A stretch of DNA of 64,000 nucleotides from Obrimoposthia wandeli. Its lineage: Eukaryota. The translations under genes and the position numbers were made by a program. The number at the start of each line of letters is the position of its first letter. Within the stretch, counting starts at the first letter, position 1. Below the pieces are notes generated by a model. The model worked only from the letters and a program-made list of their open reading frames with translations. It was not told where the DNA came from and made no database searches. Positions 50,128 through 62,005 of this stretch are shown here, in pieces. The DNA lies in the NCBI GenBank assembly GCA_977020255.1, contig CDROCS010000506.1:744001-808000 (forward strand). Reading direction: 5' to 3'.

Positions 50128-50146
50128 TGGTCTTCCAAGCAAGTGT

Positions 50147-51058
50147 CTAACTTATCTTCTTTTTGATATAGTCAAGCAAATAACTCGGTGAGATAACCTC
50201 ACAGACATCTTCAATTTGACCTAACTCTAAGAACTCTGGCTCGAATAGTTTCTGAGACCCAATACCTTGGCTTGCTAATCTAAACTCAAATTCCTCAGAG
50301 TACGATTCGTCTTTAATAAATGAGCACAAGATACCATTTGCCCTACCAACAACGCCTTCAGGTAAGTAATAAACTTCACCGAACTCCATATGTGAATGCA
50401 AATTTAACACTTGCTCTACAAACTTTATCGGATTATGTATTACAACAACGCTGTATTCTTTATCTTTGTCATCCTGAAATTTTGTCACATCATATTCCTC
50501 CAAAAATCGATCGACATTATGCTTCGTCACTTGACTAAAGCAGAGGATCTTATATAAACCGCCAATCGATAGCTCCATTAATTTCAAATCCATACCTGGC
50601 ATTTTTACATTTTCAACTTTGACTGCTTGATGTGGGCGGTTTTCATCCAAGTCATACCAAGGGCCTTCACTTTTAGGCTTTCGGTAATTTTTTGTAGGCA
50701 CAAACCGACCTAAATTTTCTTTAGTAAAATTTTCAACGTATTTACTTTCTATAACTCGAAATAAAACTGTATTTTCCAAAGAAGATAGGTCGCGTTTACG
50801 ATAAAGCTCCCTATTGATAAAGCTAGAAAATTGTTCTATTCCTGTTTTATTACCAAATTGAGAAATTAATGAATTATGTAAACCTTGCCAAACAATGCTC
50901 AGCTTCTTAAAGTGTTCAGCATCTTCTAGCTTATAAACAAAATAATGAGTGTAGTAACAGTTTGGGCTAAGTTTTAATTGTTCAACACAAGCCTCTAGCA
51001 ATATAGGAGAAGAAAACTCCTTATTTTCAATGATCTCTTTAAGCACGTTAGTCTCCAC
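50147..51058 (-). CDS. Hypothetical cassette protein; C-terminal half resembles DUF2971-type proteins
   Basis: AT-rich ORF between attC-like sites; ILCFS and SFIKDESYSEEFEFRL motifs. Confidence 0.6.
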   Translation of the reverse strand: METNVLKEIIENKEFSSPILLEACVEQLKLSPNCYYTHYFVYKLEDAEHFKKLSIVWQGLHNSLISQFGNKTGIEQFSSFINRELYRKRDLSSLENTVLFRVIESKYVENFTKENLGRFVPTKNYRKPKSEGPWYDLDENRPHQAVKVENVKMPGMDLKLMELSIGGLYKILCFSQVTKHNVDRFLEEYDVTKFQDDKDKEYSVVVIHNPIKFVEQVLNLHSHMEFGEVYYLPEGVVGRANGILCSFIKDESYSEEFEFRLASQGIGSQKLFEPEFLELGQIEDVCEVISPSYLLDYIKKKIS

Positions 51059-51121
51059 TATTACTTTCGGATTATCTTATCATAATGTTAGCGTAGAAAA
51101 TTTTCCCTAAGCCGATTAAGC

Positions 51122-51153
51122 ACATAACCGTTTACTATACAGAATTCTGTATA
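51122..51153 (+). mobile_element. Left half of a second, truncated attC-like site
   Basis: R'' ACATAAC is the exact reverse complement of the GTTATGT at 50121-50127; followed by the perfect palindrome TATACAGAATTCTGTATA (51136-51153). Confidence 0.55.
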
Positions 51154-51555
51154 AGGCGAATTCCATTTCAATTTAATTGTTATCAACAATATGAATCTAC
51201 TATAAATTACAAATGAATGGTGACAATAGTAATTGATAAAGAAGGATTTATCGCGCAGGGCAATGTGTTCCTGCCATCTTTATAAATCATATTATGCCGA
51301 AATATAATCACAGTAGTTGTGATTAATCAGCAGAATTATGCATAACAAAATATATGACCAATTAAGGTGAGAATATTGAGTATGAGTAACTACCCTAAGC
51401 CATTTAGGGGCAAAACCTTCTTAGAATGATTAAGCTAGCTAACAGTAATTACCACCTCACTCACCCCACAAACAACAAAGCCAGCGAACAACGCTTCTTT
51501 CAACAAAGAAACATCATCCACTGGCTTAAATTATACAAGTACCGTTACAAGCTAA

Positions 51556-52446
51556 CTAACCTTTAACACCACCAGACGTTAAACCGCCAACTAACCAACG
51601 CTGTGCCACTAAGAACACCGCAGTGATAGGTAATGCTGATAACACGGCTGCTGCTGCAAAGTCACCCCACAGGTAGTTTTGTGGATACAAGTACTGCTGC
51701 ATGCCAACCGCTAACGTGTAGTTGTTCACATCAGACAATAATAACGAAGCCACTGGCACTTCGGTTACTGCCGCAATAAACGCGAGGATAAATACCACCG
51801 CCAGAATTGGCACCGACAATGGCAACAACACCAAACGGAATGCTTGCCAAGGCGTCGCGCCATCCAATGCCGCCGCTTCTTCTAATGAACCGTCAATCGA
51901 TTCGAAGTAACCTTTAATCGTCCATACATGCAGTGCAATACCGCCAAGATAAGCGAAGATCAAACCGCCGTGGGTATTCAGCCCCAAGAACGGCACATAC
52001 TGACCTAACTTATCAAACAAGGCATACAAAGCCACCAGCGCTAATACTGCAGGGAACATTTGGAAGATCATCATCGCTTTTAAGATAGTGTCTTTACCAC
52101 CGAAGCGTAAACGTGCAAACGCATAAGCCGATGTAGTCGACAGCGCTACAATCATCACCGACGATATCGCCGCGACTTTTACCGAGTTCCACAACCACAA
52201 CAACACAGGGAATGGCGGCGGTGTAATACTGCCATCTGCATTCGTTACCGAGAATCCTAACGCTAAACGCCAGTGATCTAATGTCGGTGATGTTGGGATA
52301 ATGCCACCTGTTGCGAAGTTACCTTCACGAAACGAAATTGCCACTACCATTACCAATGGGAAAATAATCACTACTAGCAGCGCGCAGAGCGCCAAATGGG
52401 CAGCCCACACACGATATTTTAATGATTTCCCTTGTACCATAGCCAT
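51556..52446 (-). CDS. malG: Maltose ABC transporter permease MalG
   Basis: [20 protein letters not shown] loop [24 protein letters not shown]. Confidence 0.96.
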   Translation of the reverse strand: MAMVQGKSLKYRVWAAHLALCALLVVIIFPLVMVVAISFREGNFATGGIIPTSPTLDHWRLALGFSVTNADGSITPPPFPVLLWLWNSVKVAAISSVMIVALSTTSAYAFARLRFGGKDTILKAMMIFQMFPAVLALVALYALFDKLGQYVPFLGLNTHGGLIFAYLGGIALHVWTIKGYFESIDGSLEEAAALDGATPWQAFRLVLLPLSVPILAVVFILAFIAAVTEVPVASLLLSDVNNYTLAVGMQQYLYPQNYLWGDFAAAAVLSALPITAVFLVAQRWLVGGLTSGGVKG

Positions 52447-52496
52447 ACTGTTATTCCTTCTAATTTGTCTGTTACTACTGTCAGTTACTGCTGCGA

Positions 52497-54098
52497 TTAT
52501 TTTTCTGACAACTTAGTGAAACGTAAGTTAAAGAGTGCTAAACCACCCACTAACAAGAAGATAAGCGTCGTGATTGCACTAGCTAAACCAAAGTCTTGAC
52601 CACCAGCACCTTCAAAGGCGATGCGATAGGTATAGTTCACTAACAAGTCGGTATAACCTGCAGGCTCACTCGTACCAATCATGTTCGGTCCACCCTGTGT
52701 TAACAGCTGAATCAATACAAAGTTATTAAAGTTAAACGAGAAGCTGGCAATCATTAACGGCAACAATGGTTTCATCATCATTGGGAACGTAATGTTTTTG
52801 AAGTTCTGCAGAGGCCCAGCACCATCAAGCGCCGATGCTTCGTATAAATCATCCGGGATTGATTTCAACATACCCATGCTTAAGATCATCATGTACGGGA
52901 AACCTAACCAAATATTCACCATCAATACCATGGCTTTGGCAGAGATAGGATCCGAGAACCAACTTGGTGACAGGCCAAACATAGCCTCTAATACCATATT
53001 AATTTCACCGAAGCTTTGGTTAAACAAACCTTTAAAGATCAGGATAGAAATAAATGACGGTACCGCGTAAGGTAAAATTAATAGCATGCGGTAGACAGCA
53101 CGGCCGCGTAACGCTTCCCACTGCACAATACTTGCCAGTACTAGTCCGATGATCACAGTCGCAAGAACCGATAAACCAGAGAAGATAATCGTCCAAAAGA
53201 AAATACTGATGAAAGGTTCTTTAATACCATCATCTTGCCAAATACGTTCGAAGTTAGCCGTACCAATAACCACGGTAAAACCAGGCGCTAACGGATCGCC
53301 AATATAGTTACCTTCAGCATCAATCGTTTGATAAAAGCCAGTATCCATATTAGGAATCAATACCGTATTATCTTTATTATTAACTAATGTCGTACCATCG
53401 CTTTCAACACGATAAAGCGGTTGTACTGCGGCAAATTTACGTAACCCGCTCATGCGAATTTCGTTACCGTTTGGTAATACTAAATCAACGTTATTTAACG
53501 TCGCACGGTTTTTGATAATGTCTTTTATTTTCGCTTTGCTGCCGACAACATCATCTGTCGCGTTAAGTGTTAAGCGCAAGCTTTCCGGCTTGGTTAAATT
53601 AATTTCATTGGTTACTAATAATTGCCCGCCGTCTTTCACTGCTAGACGATAGCCATTTTCACTGCGATACAAATCAAATTTATAGCTGTCACCACTTTGA
53701 TAAGTATTATCAAGCAGTACAGATTGAGCACGTTCAAAAGACAGCTGATTAGTAGCACTGTAATTGGTAAAAGCGATACCAACCGTATAGACCAAAGGGA
53801 AAATAATAAACAAGATCATACCCGCAACACCAGGGTAAATATAACGGTGTGCGTAAGTCTTTTTACTACCAAAAATATACAAGGCTAACGAAGTTAATAT
53901 CAAGGTTAATACGGCAAACGACGTCTCACCACGTGAGTACATCAATATTGACGCGTAACCATTCATTAACCCAATAAGCGTAAGGGTGCACCATTTAATA
54001 AAATGCGGAGATATAAATCGAGAATTGACTTGGTCGGGAGTCTGTTGAGAGTCTGGTGTATCATCACCCAGAATTTCAGCTACTTTAACAGTCTGCAT
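52497..54098 (-). CDS. malF: Maltose ABC transporter permease MalF
   Basis: AFTNYS, P2 loop, [33 protein letters not shown]. Confidence 0.96.
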   Translation of the reverse strand: MQTVKVAEILGDDTPDSQQTPDQVNSRFISPHFIKWCTLTLIGLMNGYASILMYSRGETSFAVLTLILTSLALYIFGSKKTYAHRYIYPGVAGMILFIIFPLVYTVGIAFTNYSATNQLSFERAQSVLLDNTYQSGDSYKFDLYRSENGYRLAVKDGGQLLVTNEINLTKPESLRLTLNATDDVVGSKAKIKDIIKNRATLNNVDLVLPNGNEIRMSGLRKFAAVQPLYRVESDGTTLVNNKDNTVLIPNMDTGFYQTIDAEGNYIGDPLAPGFTVVIGTANFERIWQDDGIKEPFISIFFWTIIFSGLSVLATVIIGLVLASIVQWEALRGRAVYRMLLILPYAVPSFISILIFKGLFNQSFGEINMVLEAMFGLSPSWFSDPISAKAMVLMVNIWLGFPYMMILSMGMLKSIPDDLYEASALDGAGPLQNFKNITFPMMMKPLLPLMIASFSFNFNNFVLIQLLTQGGPNMIGTSEPAGYTDLLVNYTYRIAFEGAGGQDFGLASAITTLIFLLVGGLALFNLRFTKLSEK

Positions 54099-54122
54099 GG
54101 AAGAACCTACCTAATAAACAGC

Positions 54123-54147
54123 AAGAGGAGAGATGACCCCTCCTCTT
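54123..54147 (-). terminator. malE-malF intergenic stem-loop
   Basis: aagaggag-agatgaccc-ctcctctt. Confidence 0.6.
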
Positions 54148-54230
54148 ATCTCAGTACTTCCGATGATTAAACAAAAGTACTAAACAGAGAGTATTAAAAC
54201 AAAGAAGACTTAAACAAAAGGGCTTAAAGC

Positions 54231-55409
54231 CTATTTAGTCATCTGCTTTTCTGCATCACTTAATGCCGCATCAATCGATTGACGACCATCGACAATATTA
54301 ATGATGGCATTTTTAGTTGCGCCCCAGAATGCATTCATCTGTGGGATGTTCGGCATAACTTCACCGTTCATAGCATTGTCCATTGTTGCAGCAATACGAC
54401 TATCACTCGCTAACTCTTCTTGGTATGACGTCAGAGCCACAGCGCCCAGCGGTTTATCATTGTTCACTTTAGCCAGACCTTCATTGGTCAATAGATAGTT
54501 TTCGATAAACTCAACCGCTAAATCTTTGTTTGGTGACGCAGTACTGATACCTGCCGTTAACACGCCAACAAATGGTTTAGAGTGATTACCGTTAAATTTA
54601 GGTAACTGTGCAACCCCGTAATTAATCTCAGACTTATCGATATTGCCCCATGACCACGGACCATTAATAGTCATCGCAACATTACCTTTGATGAACTCAG
54701 ATTCTGATACCGAGTAATCCATATCAGGTGAAATGACTTTATCGGATAATAATTTTTGCACTAGCGCCATGCTGCTTTTAACGCCCGCATTGTTTATGCC
54801 GACATCTTTTACATCGTAACCAGTCGCATTAGTTTTAAATGCATAACCACCATCAGCGGCCATCAGAGGCCAAGTGAAGAACGGTTCTTTTAGATTCCAC
54901 ATAATCGCAGATTTACCCTGCTTCTTAAATTGCTTGTCTAAAGCCGCAATATCTTCCCAGTTCTTCGGTGGGGTTTTAATTAAATCTTTATTATAGATAA
55001 GTGATAATGACTCAACCGCGACAGGGTAACCAACATACTTACCGTTGTACTTAACTGCGTCCCACGTAAAATCAACCATGCTGTCTTTTAATTCTTTCGA
55101 TGGTTTAATTTCAGCTAATAAGCCTGCTTGTGCATAACCACCAAAACGATCATGTGCCCAAAATACGATATCAGGACCGTCGCCAGTAGCAGCAACTTGT
55201 GGAAACTTGTCTTGTAAGCTATCTGGATGTGCAACCGTCACCTTGATGCCAGTATCAGCTTCAAACTGTTTACCAACTTCAGCAAGACCGTTATAACCTT
55301 TGTCACCGTTAATCCAAATCGTTAACTGGCCTTCTTCAATAGCAGCAAAGGCAGAAAAAGAGTTCATTGCAGTTAGGAGTGCAACTGCCGTTAAGGTTTT
55401 TCTCATCAC
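54231..55409 (-). CDS. malE: Maltose/maltodextrin-binding protein
   Basis: [48 protein letters not shown]. Confidence 0.97.
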   Translation of the reverse strand: MMRKTLTAVALLTAMNSFSAFAAIEEGQLTIWINGDKGYNGLAEVGKQFEADTGIKVTVAHPDSLQDKFPQVAATGDGPDIVFWAHDRFGGYAQAGLLAEIKPSKELKDSMVDFTWDAVKYNGKYVGYPVAVESLSLIYNKDLIKTPPKNWEDIAALDKQFKKQGKSAIMWNLKEPFFTWPLMAADGGYAFKTNATGYDVKDVGINNAGVKSSMALVQKLLSDKVISPDMDYSVSESEFIKGNVAMTINGPWSWGNIDKSEINYGVAQLPKFNGNHSKPFVGVLTAGISTASPNKDLAVEFIENYLLTNEGLAKVNNDKPLGAVALTSYQEELASDSRIAATMDNAMNGEVMPNIPQMNAFWGATKNAIINIVDGRQSIDAALSDAEKQMTK

Positions 55410-55497
55410 TTTATATCCTTATTAAATTAGCGTTCAAACTGTCCAGACAAGCTGTCTGTGTTGGATGGTATAGTCATACAAAAAGTCATCACCAACA

Positions 55498-55716
55498 TCA
55501 TCCTTTACCCTACGCCTAACCCCTGCAAAGCCAAAAGCGTGAACTTGAACAATATATTTTACTTAGTTGATTAATAAAGGCGATAAAAATGCGATGGCTC
55601 GCACACTAATGCGCAATAAATTACCTATTTAGAGTGATAATAAAGCAACCATCAATAAAATGTGATCCATGCACTCCTCCTATCTACTCCCCCCTAAAAA
55701 TGTTGACCAAGGATGA
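55498..55716. promoter_or_regulatory. Divergent malE/malK control region with MalT boxes and a CRP site
   Basis: TCATCC 55498-55503, TCCTCC 55675-55680, GGATGA 55711-55716; CRP-like TGCGA-tggctc-GCACA at 55590-55605. Confidence 0.7.
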
Positions 55717-55803
55717 TGCAGTTAAGACCCGTATAAAACACACTATCAACATCGAAGAATGCTGTGTAAGATATTCTAATTAGTCATAAAAAGGACTCGC
55801 GAG

Positions 55804-56913
55804 ATGGCAACTGTCACGTTAAACAATGTATGTAAAGCCTATGATGATGTACTTATTTCCAAAAACGTAGACCTCGAAATAAACGATGGTGAATTTGTCG
55901 TTTTCGTTGGTCCGTCAGGTTGCGGTAAATCAACCCTGTTACGTTGTATTGCTGGGCTTGAAGATATCACCTCGGGTGATTTATTTATTGGCGGCAAACG
56001 CATGAACGATGTCGAACCCTCTAAACGTGGTGTCGGTATGGTATTTCAATCTTATGCGCTTTACCCACACTTAGATTTAACCGATAACATGTCGTTTGGC
56101 TTAAAATTAGCAAAAGCAGATAAACAGTTAATTAAAGATCGCGTCGCACATGCCGCAGATATTCTACAACTAACGCCTTTATTAGATCGTAAACCAAAAT
56201 CATTATCTGGTGGTCAACGTCAACGTGTTGCTATTGGCCGTACGTTAGTATCACAACCAGAAGTATTTTTATTAGATGAACCACTATCAAATCTAGATGC
56301 AGCATTACGGGTAAAAATGCGTATTGAATTAGCCAAACTGCACAAGCAATTAGGCTGCACTATGATCTACGTGACGCATGATCAAGTTGAAGCGATGACC
56401 ATGGCTGATAAAATTGTGGTACTCGACGGTGGTAATGTAGCGCAAGTCGGTGCCCCACTGGATATTTATCATTATCCAAAAAATATCTTTGTCGCTGGTT
56501 TTATTGGTTCACCAAAAATGAACTTCATCGACGTGCATGTTCAAACTGTCAAATCCCAACGTGTCGAAGTGCTATTGCCTAATTGTCAAAGCATTTGGAT
56601 CCCTATTGATGGTAGTACTGTTAATGCCGGTGATGAAATGACTCTAGGTATTCGTCCTGAACATTTAGTTCCAGTCGAGCAAGCTGATATCGTGATTACT
56701 GGTGAAACCATTGTGGTAGAAAAACTGGGTAACGAAACCCAAGTTTATTTACACATTGAAGGCAGTGATGAAGATGTGATTTATCGGGTTGCTGACACAT
56801 TATCTATTGATGCAGGCGAGAAATTAGATATTGGTATTCCAGCACACCGCTGTCACTTGTTCCACAAAGACGGCCAAGCTTGCCAACGTTTACATAAAGA
56901 AACAACGAGTTAA
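55804..56913 (+). CDS. malK: Maltose ABC transporter ATPase
   Basis: [38 protein letters not shown]-terminus. Confidence 0.97.
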   Translation: MATVTLNNVCKAYDDVLISKNVDLEINDGEFVVFVGPSGCGKSTLLRCIAGLEDITSGDLFIGGKRMNDVEPSKRGVGMVFQSYALYPHLDLTDNMSFGLKLAKADKQLIKDRVAHAADILQLTPLLDRKPKSLSGGQRQRVAIGRTLVSQPEVFLLDEPLSNLDAALRVKMRIELAKLHKQLGCTMIYVTHDQVEAMTMADKIVVLDGGNVAQVGAPLDIYHYPKNIFVAGFIGSPKMNFIDVHVQTVKSQRVEVLLPNCQSIWIPIDGSTVNAGDEMTLGIRPEHLVPVEQADIVITGETIVVEKLGNETQVYLHIEGSDEDVIYRVADTLSIDAGEKLDIGIPAHRCHLFHKDGQACQRLHKETTS

Positions 56914-57149
56914 CCAGCTGCTAATTTAAAACACTTCAATCAACTCAGCCAATATGCAAGGTATTGGCTATTTCCTCTTATATTTATTTGTGCATCATTT
57001 AGGGCACTTTAACTTACCTCTACAATACTTAACCTTTACGCCCTAATAGCTTGTTGCTATGAGCTTTATCACATTGATGTTCAATATAAAGGTGATCTTA
57101 AATTACGCGGACTACAATTAAAAAGGATCATCTATAAAAGGAAGTATGC

Positions 57150-57992
57150 ATGTATTCATTTAAATTACGCTTATTACTGATCACTTTATTTAGTGCTAAG
57201 TTGCTCTTTTCGACGCTAGTACACGCTGAGGATAAAGTCTATATCGTGGGCATGGTGCCACAGTTTGAAGCAAGGAAATTAACCGCTATTTGGGTGCCTA
57301 TACTTGAACAACTAACGGTTGAAACTGGTCTCAAATTTAAATTGGAAGGTGCGCCAAATATAAATGAATTTGAGAAAAAGTTTATGGCTGGAACGTATGA
57401 TTTTGTTTATATGAATCCTTATCATTTTGTCTTAGGCAATCAGCTACAAGGTTATATTCCCCTAGTCAAAGATGGTTCAAAAAAATTACACGGCGTATTG
57501 GTCGTTCAAAAAGACAGTCCAATACAAAATGTAGCACAGCTCAACGGTGCTAAAATCGCATTCCCTTCACCCAATGCCCTTGGTGCATCACTACAAATGC
57601 GCCAAGAACTACATGATATCTTTAATATCCAGATTACCCCTGTGTATGTAAATACCCATGGTTCTGTCTATCTCAATGTACTCCTTGGTGACACCCTAGC
57701 CGGTGGCGGAGTCGGTAAAACCCTGCAAAAACAAAAAGCAGAATATAAGCAAGCCTTAAGAGTAATACATAAAACCACGCCAGTAGCATCACACCCAATA
57801 GCAGCACATCCTCGTGTACCCAGCGCCGATATTGAAAAAGTAACTGCTGCGTTAATCAACATGGGGAAAACGGAGGCCACTGCAGCATTACTGCAAGGCA
57901 TTCCTATTCAGGAAGTAACCATAGCTACATTTTCAGATTATGAACCGCTGAAAAACATGAATCTAGAAAGATTTTATATCCAGCCTAAGTAA
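57150..57992 (+). CDS. Phosphate/phosphite/phosphonate-type periplasmic binding protein without transporter genes
   Basis: Signal peptide, [35 protein letters not shown]. Confidence 0.8.
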   Translation: MYSFKLRLLLITLFSAKLLFSTLVHAEDKVYIVGMVPQFEARKLTAIWVPILEQLTVETGLKFKLEGAPNINEFEKKFMAGTYDFVYMNPYHFVLGNQLQGYIPLVKDGSKKLHGVLVVQKDSPIQNVAQLNGAKIAFPSPNALGASLQMRQELHDIFNIQITPVYVNTHGSVYLNVLLGDTLAGGGVGKTLQKQKAEYKQALRVIHKTTPVASHPIAAHPRVPSADIEKVTAALINMGKTEATAALLQGIPIQEVTIATFSDYEPLKNMNLERFYIQPK

Positions 57993-58000
57993 GGGTTTCA

Positions 58001-59995
58001 ATGAGCATTAAATTAAAGTTAATGGTCCCAGTCATTGTTGGATTTCTCGTTTTCACCAGTGTGATTCAGTGGTATTGGGCCCCGAAATTATTTAATTATG
58101 CCCAGGCAGATTTTAGAGAACAGATGCAAAATGAAATCAGATCTATCGAAAGTGATGTGATTAGGCATCTAATCGCGAGTGATTTTTCAGCATTATATTC
58201 ATCATTAGATTATCAAAAACAATTACACCAACAAAACTGGGCCCATCTCACTCTATACAACGCCGATAAAAAACAAAAGTATCCGATTTTTTCATCAAAT
58301 AAGCTCATCCTAGCAGAGCAGCATGCCAACCATATTCGGGTTGACTACCCACTGGTGAATGAAAATATAACCATAGGTTACCTTGTCCTACACATAGATT
58401 GGACCGCCAAACACGAATTTACCGATCAGCGTATTACCGAACTTAAAATATTTTTAACATTCATGATGCTATTAATTATCTGCATTGAACTATTTATGCA
58501 AAACCGATTAATACAATTACCCATATTAAAACTAAAACAAGCGACGAAAGAATTAGCCAACGGTAATTTTGACATTAGTTTACCGCCCGTTTCAAAAGAT
58601 GAAATTGGTCAACTAACCGAAAATTTTAATATCATGCGTAACAATATTTTAAATAGCCAAGAATCACTACTTATCAGTAAAAATGAAGCCATGCAATCTG
58701 CACTACAGGCCAGCAATGAAAAAACCCGCGCCAATATCATGGCAAAGAAAATTAGTGATATGAATGAAGAGCTACTGGAGAATATTGTAACAACTCACAT
58801 ACTGGCTAAAAAAGCCGAAGAGTCGAACAGTGCCAAAAGTGAATTTCTCGCGAATATGAGCCACGAGATCCGCACGCCCATGAATGGGGTTATCGGCATG
58901 CTAGGTTTGTTACTCGATACACAACTCAAAGATGAGCAACGCAATTATGCACAGATCGCTCGCGCCAGCGGCGAGTCACTCCTGAGTCTCATTAACGATA
59001 TTCTCGATTTTTCAAAAATAGAAGCGGGTCAGCTTGATCTCGAAATCATTGATTTTGATTTACATAAAATGATTAACGATTTATCCACTCTTTACGCCCA
59101 GCAAATTAAAACCAAAGGATTAGGGTTTAGTTGCGCAATTTCCGCCGAAGTACCCGCATTTATCCAAGGCGACCCAGGGCGCTTACGACAAGTATTCACA
59201 AATCTACTCGGTAACGCGATTAAATTTACCGCACAGGGTGAAATAATCATTACGGTAAATTTATTATCAACCACCGAGCATGATTCGCTGATCCGCTTTG
59301 CCATAAAAGATACTGGTATAGGTATACCGAAGAGTAGACAAGAATTATTATTTGATAAATTTACGCAGGTTGATTCATCCACTACACGTCAATATGGCGG
59401 TACCGGTTTAGGCCTCTCGATATCAAAGCAGTTATCTGAATTGATGGGCGGCGAAATAGGCATTATCAGTGAAGAAGGTAAAGGGGCTGAATTCTGGTTT
59501 ACCGCTCGCTTTATCAAGGCTCAAGCACAATTAGTCCCCATCCCTGAAACTAAACACGTGATAGCCCCCACTACGCATAAAAATGCACGTATTTTACTTG
59601 CCGAAGATAGCCTGACTAATCAATTGGTCGCAATGGGTATTCTTAAGAAATTAGGACTTTTCGCAGATGTCGTTAATAACGGTGAGGAAGCTGTGCATGC
59701 GCTTGAAACTAAAGCTTATGACTTAGTACTTATGGATTGCCAAATGCCGATAATGGATGGTTACGAGGCCGCAACACTCATTCGCAGTACTCAGACAAAG
59801 ATGAATCATCAAATCCCTATTATCGCCATGACAGCCAATGCAATGCAGGGTGACCGAGAGGAATGCCTTGCCGCTGGGATGGATGATTACGTCACTAAAC
59901 CGATTTCTCCAGAAACACTTAGCAAAGCGCTTAGCACATGGTTACCGGGCGATAACACCAATGAGCCCTTTTCAACCAAACAAAAAAATACCTAA
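58001..59995 (+). CDS. Hybrid sensor histidine kinase (HAMP-HisKA-HATPase-receiver)
   Basis: [37 protein letters not shown], receiver LMDCQMP. Confidence 0.95.
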   Translation: MSIKLKLMVPVIVGFLVFTSVIQWYWAPKLFNYAQADFREQMQNEIRSIESDVIRHLIASDFSALYSSLDYQKQLHQQNWAHLTLYNADKKQKYPIFSSNKLILAEQHANHIRVDYPLVNENITIGYLVLHIDWTAKHEFTDQRITELKIFLTFMMLLIICIELFMQNRLIQLPILKLKQATKELANGNFDISLPPVSKDEIGQLTENFNIMRNNILNSQESLLISKNEAMQSALQASNEKTRANIMAKKISDMNEELLENIVTTHILAKKAEESNSAKSEFLANMSHEIRTPMNGVIGMLGLLLDTQLKDEQRNYAQIARASGESLLSLINDILDFSKIEAGQLDLEIIDFDLHKMINDLSTLYAQQIKTKGLGFSCAISAEVPAFIQGDPGRLRQVFTNLLGNAIKFTAQGEIIITVNLLSTTEHDSLIRFAIKDTGIGIPKSRQELLFDKFTQVDSSTTRQYGGTGLGLSISKQLSELMGGEIGIISEEGKGAEFWFTARFIKAQAQLVPIPETKHVIAPTTHKNARILLAEDSLTNQLVAMGILKKLGLFADVVNNGEEAVHALETKAYDLVLMDCQMPIMDGYEAATLIRSTQTKMNHQIPIIAMTANAMQGDREECLAAGMDDYVTKPISPETLSKALSTWLPGDNTNEPFSTKQKNT

Positions 59996-60110
59996 CAGCA
60001 TTCACTGTTAGGCATCTTTATGACTAGGGGTTTTTGCTGCAAACAAAAATGGTTCCCCTTTAACTATCTTGCATTGTTAAGTATAGCGTATAGAGGCAAT
60101 TTGCAAGGGG

Positions 60111-61391
60111 TTAGAACCAAGCTTCAACTTGCATACCGACAGAGTAGTCGCTATCGCCTTTACTTGAACCCATAGTTGTACCTTCATCATCTGTTAAGTA
60201 TGACGCAAATACACGGATTTCAGGTCGAGCCCAGAAGCTTTCGCCCATTGACCATGCTTGTGCGATAGTTGCTTTACTGCCGCCTTTATCAGTAGAGCCT
60301 TGTGATTCAGAAAATACACCTAACTCTAAGATGGTTTTCATGTTCTGGTTCCATTTGTACATAGGACGAACCACAGCACTAAACAGCTCATGTTCTTCTT
60401 TAGCTAAACCTACATCAGCAGAGTTTGCATACATTAACTGATGACCAACTTCGATATTTTCGCCAACGCTCACAACACCCCAGTTAATCACACGATAACC
60501 TGTCGCATCATTCTGTTCGCCTGAACGATCAAACCAAGCACCACTGCCTAGGTCAGCCATTTGCGTACCATAAGAGCTAGTACCATATTGCAATACAGTT
60601 TGGTTAAAACCGTTGCTTAGACCTTGTTGTAAAATAGCGGTTGCCATCACACCATCATCAGCTTTAACGTTTTGCCCTTCACTTTCGTTAGCAAAGTTAT
60701 ATACAGCAGCAAGTTCTAGCGTAGCATCGCTCCATAAGTTAAGGCCTGCGTAACGTACATCAAAGATATGGCCGTTTACGCTTTCTGATTTTTTACCAAT
60801 TAGACCCCATACTGGTGGCCCGTTAGGATTTGCAGGGTCAGTTACGTAACCATACTCATCTGCATCGCTCTTTTGGCTACCATCATCTAACATCCATGCT
60901 GCAGATAATTTACCTGGACCAACACTAACATTTTCGATACCACCACCAGCGCCGCCAGACGTATTTAGGTAATAGAAATCGGTAATGTGAATATCTTTAC
61001 GTTGGTAATAACGTTTACCGGCCCATAATGTCGCCTCTTTATCGCTAGCAAATAGTCCTGTCGCTTGTACGTTAAATTGTGCGACATTGAAGTCACCGTC
61101 TTCCCAACCATTATTACCTGAGTTGCCTTGCGCTATCATGGCATCAACAACCCATTTTTGATCTTCCATTCCCGTTATTTTTGGTAATTCTTGGCGGAAA
61201 CCAAACTCTGCATATAAGTCATTTTCATTACCTAAACGACCAATCTTATTTTTTTCAAACGAATAATTTTCGCCATTATTACCGCTAAGACCAGTACCAG
61301 CTCGCATGTAGCCATTAAAATCCACAGCGCCTGCAGCAGAAGTAAGTAACGCTGCAGAAACAGCAATTGCAACACGATTTAAATTTTTCAT
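60111..61391 (-). CDS. lamB: Maltoporin
   Basis: VDFNGYMRAG, GRLGNE, WAGKRYYQRKDIH, SFWARPEIRVF, terminal QVEAWF; start placed at the ATG at 61391. Confidence 0.95.
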   Translation of the reverse strand: MKNLNRVAIAVSAALLTSAAGAVDFNGYMRAGTGLSGNNGENYSFEKNKIGRLGNENDLYAEFGFRQELPKITGMEDQKWVVDAMIAQGNSGNNGWEDGDFNVAQFNVQATGLFASDKEATLWAGKRYYQRKDIHITDFYYLNTSGGAGGGIENVSVGPGKLSAAWMLDDGSQKSDADEYGYVTDPANPNGPPVWGLIGKKSESVNGHIFDVRYAGLNLWSDATLELAAVYNFANESEGQNVKADDGVMATAILQQGLSNGFNQTVLQYGTSSYGTQMADLGSGAWFDRSGEQNDATGYRVINWGVVSVGENIEVGHQLMYANSADVGLAKEEHELFSAVVRPMYKWNQNMKTILELGVFSESQGSTDKGGSKATIAQAWSMGESFWARPEIRVFASYLTDDEGTTMGSSKGDSDYSVGMQVEAWF

Positions 61392-61498
61392 ATTTTCTAA
61401 ATCCTTGAAAGAGTTTGGTTTCATTTTTTAAAGGCGGTAATCATATCGTTACTGCCCTGAAGACAAATTCATATTAAGGATTTTTTCAATCACCGACC

Positions 61499-61527
61499 TC
61501 CTCCACCCCCCAATAATTTGAGGAGGA
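61499..61527. promoter_or_regulatory. MalT boxes upstream of lamB
   Basis: TCCTCC 61499-61504 and GGAGGA 61522-61527. Confidence 0.6.
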
Positions 61528-61853
61528 TTAAAAAGGCTGAGAAAAAAATAATCGCTGTTTTTTATGTGTCAGATCACTTAACTAAGGCGTATTTATGTTA
61601 CCTGGGAATAATCACTCTCAGAAGAGTGTTAGCTAGATCATGTTTCATCATATAAATCATTATTATCCTCCCAAGATTTCAAAAAATAACATATTTATAA
61701 AGTGTGATCTAACTGGCAAAGACCATAATTAATGTATGCAATTAAATCAGAAAATGAATTTTATATCTTTAAAGCGCTAAATTTATAATTGTCCCCGTTT
61801 ACAAGGACATATTAGCAAAATGCAAATTCATAATTGCATTTTGCATTTTTCAA

Positions 61854-61868
61854 TTCTCATTTTGCAAT
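61854..61868 (+). promoter_or_regulatory. SypG-type enhancer sequence
   Basis: TTCTCA-TTT-TGCAAT fits the Vibrio fischeri SypG enhancer consensus TTCTCANNNTGMDWN. Confidence 0.55.
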
Positions 61869-61930
61869 CATATTTAGAACGCTAGAACTTAAAAAAGCAT
61901 AAGCCATTGTTTATAAACATTAAAAAACAT

Positions 61931-61945
61931 TGGCACGCTATATGC
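61931..61945 (+). promoter_or_regulatory. Sigma-54 promoter (-24/-12), with an IHF-like site at 61900-61912
   Basis: TGGCACG-ctat-ATGC with exact GG-N10-GC spacing; TAAgccaTTGTTT resembles TAAnnnnTTGATW. Confidence 0.7.
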
Positions 61946-62005
61946 CTTATATTAAGGGACAAATGTTAAGTTAATAATACCTTTACCTAATACAAAGGAA
62001 TGATT

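Noticed and set aside
55657-55678. TGTGA-tccat-GCAC as a CRP site near malK
   Set aside because: The spacer is one base short of the required six; at most a half-site.
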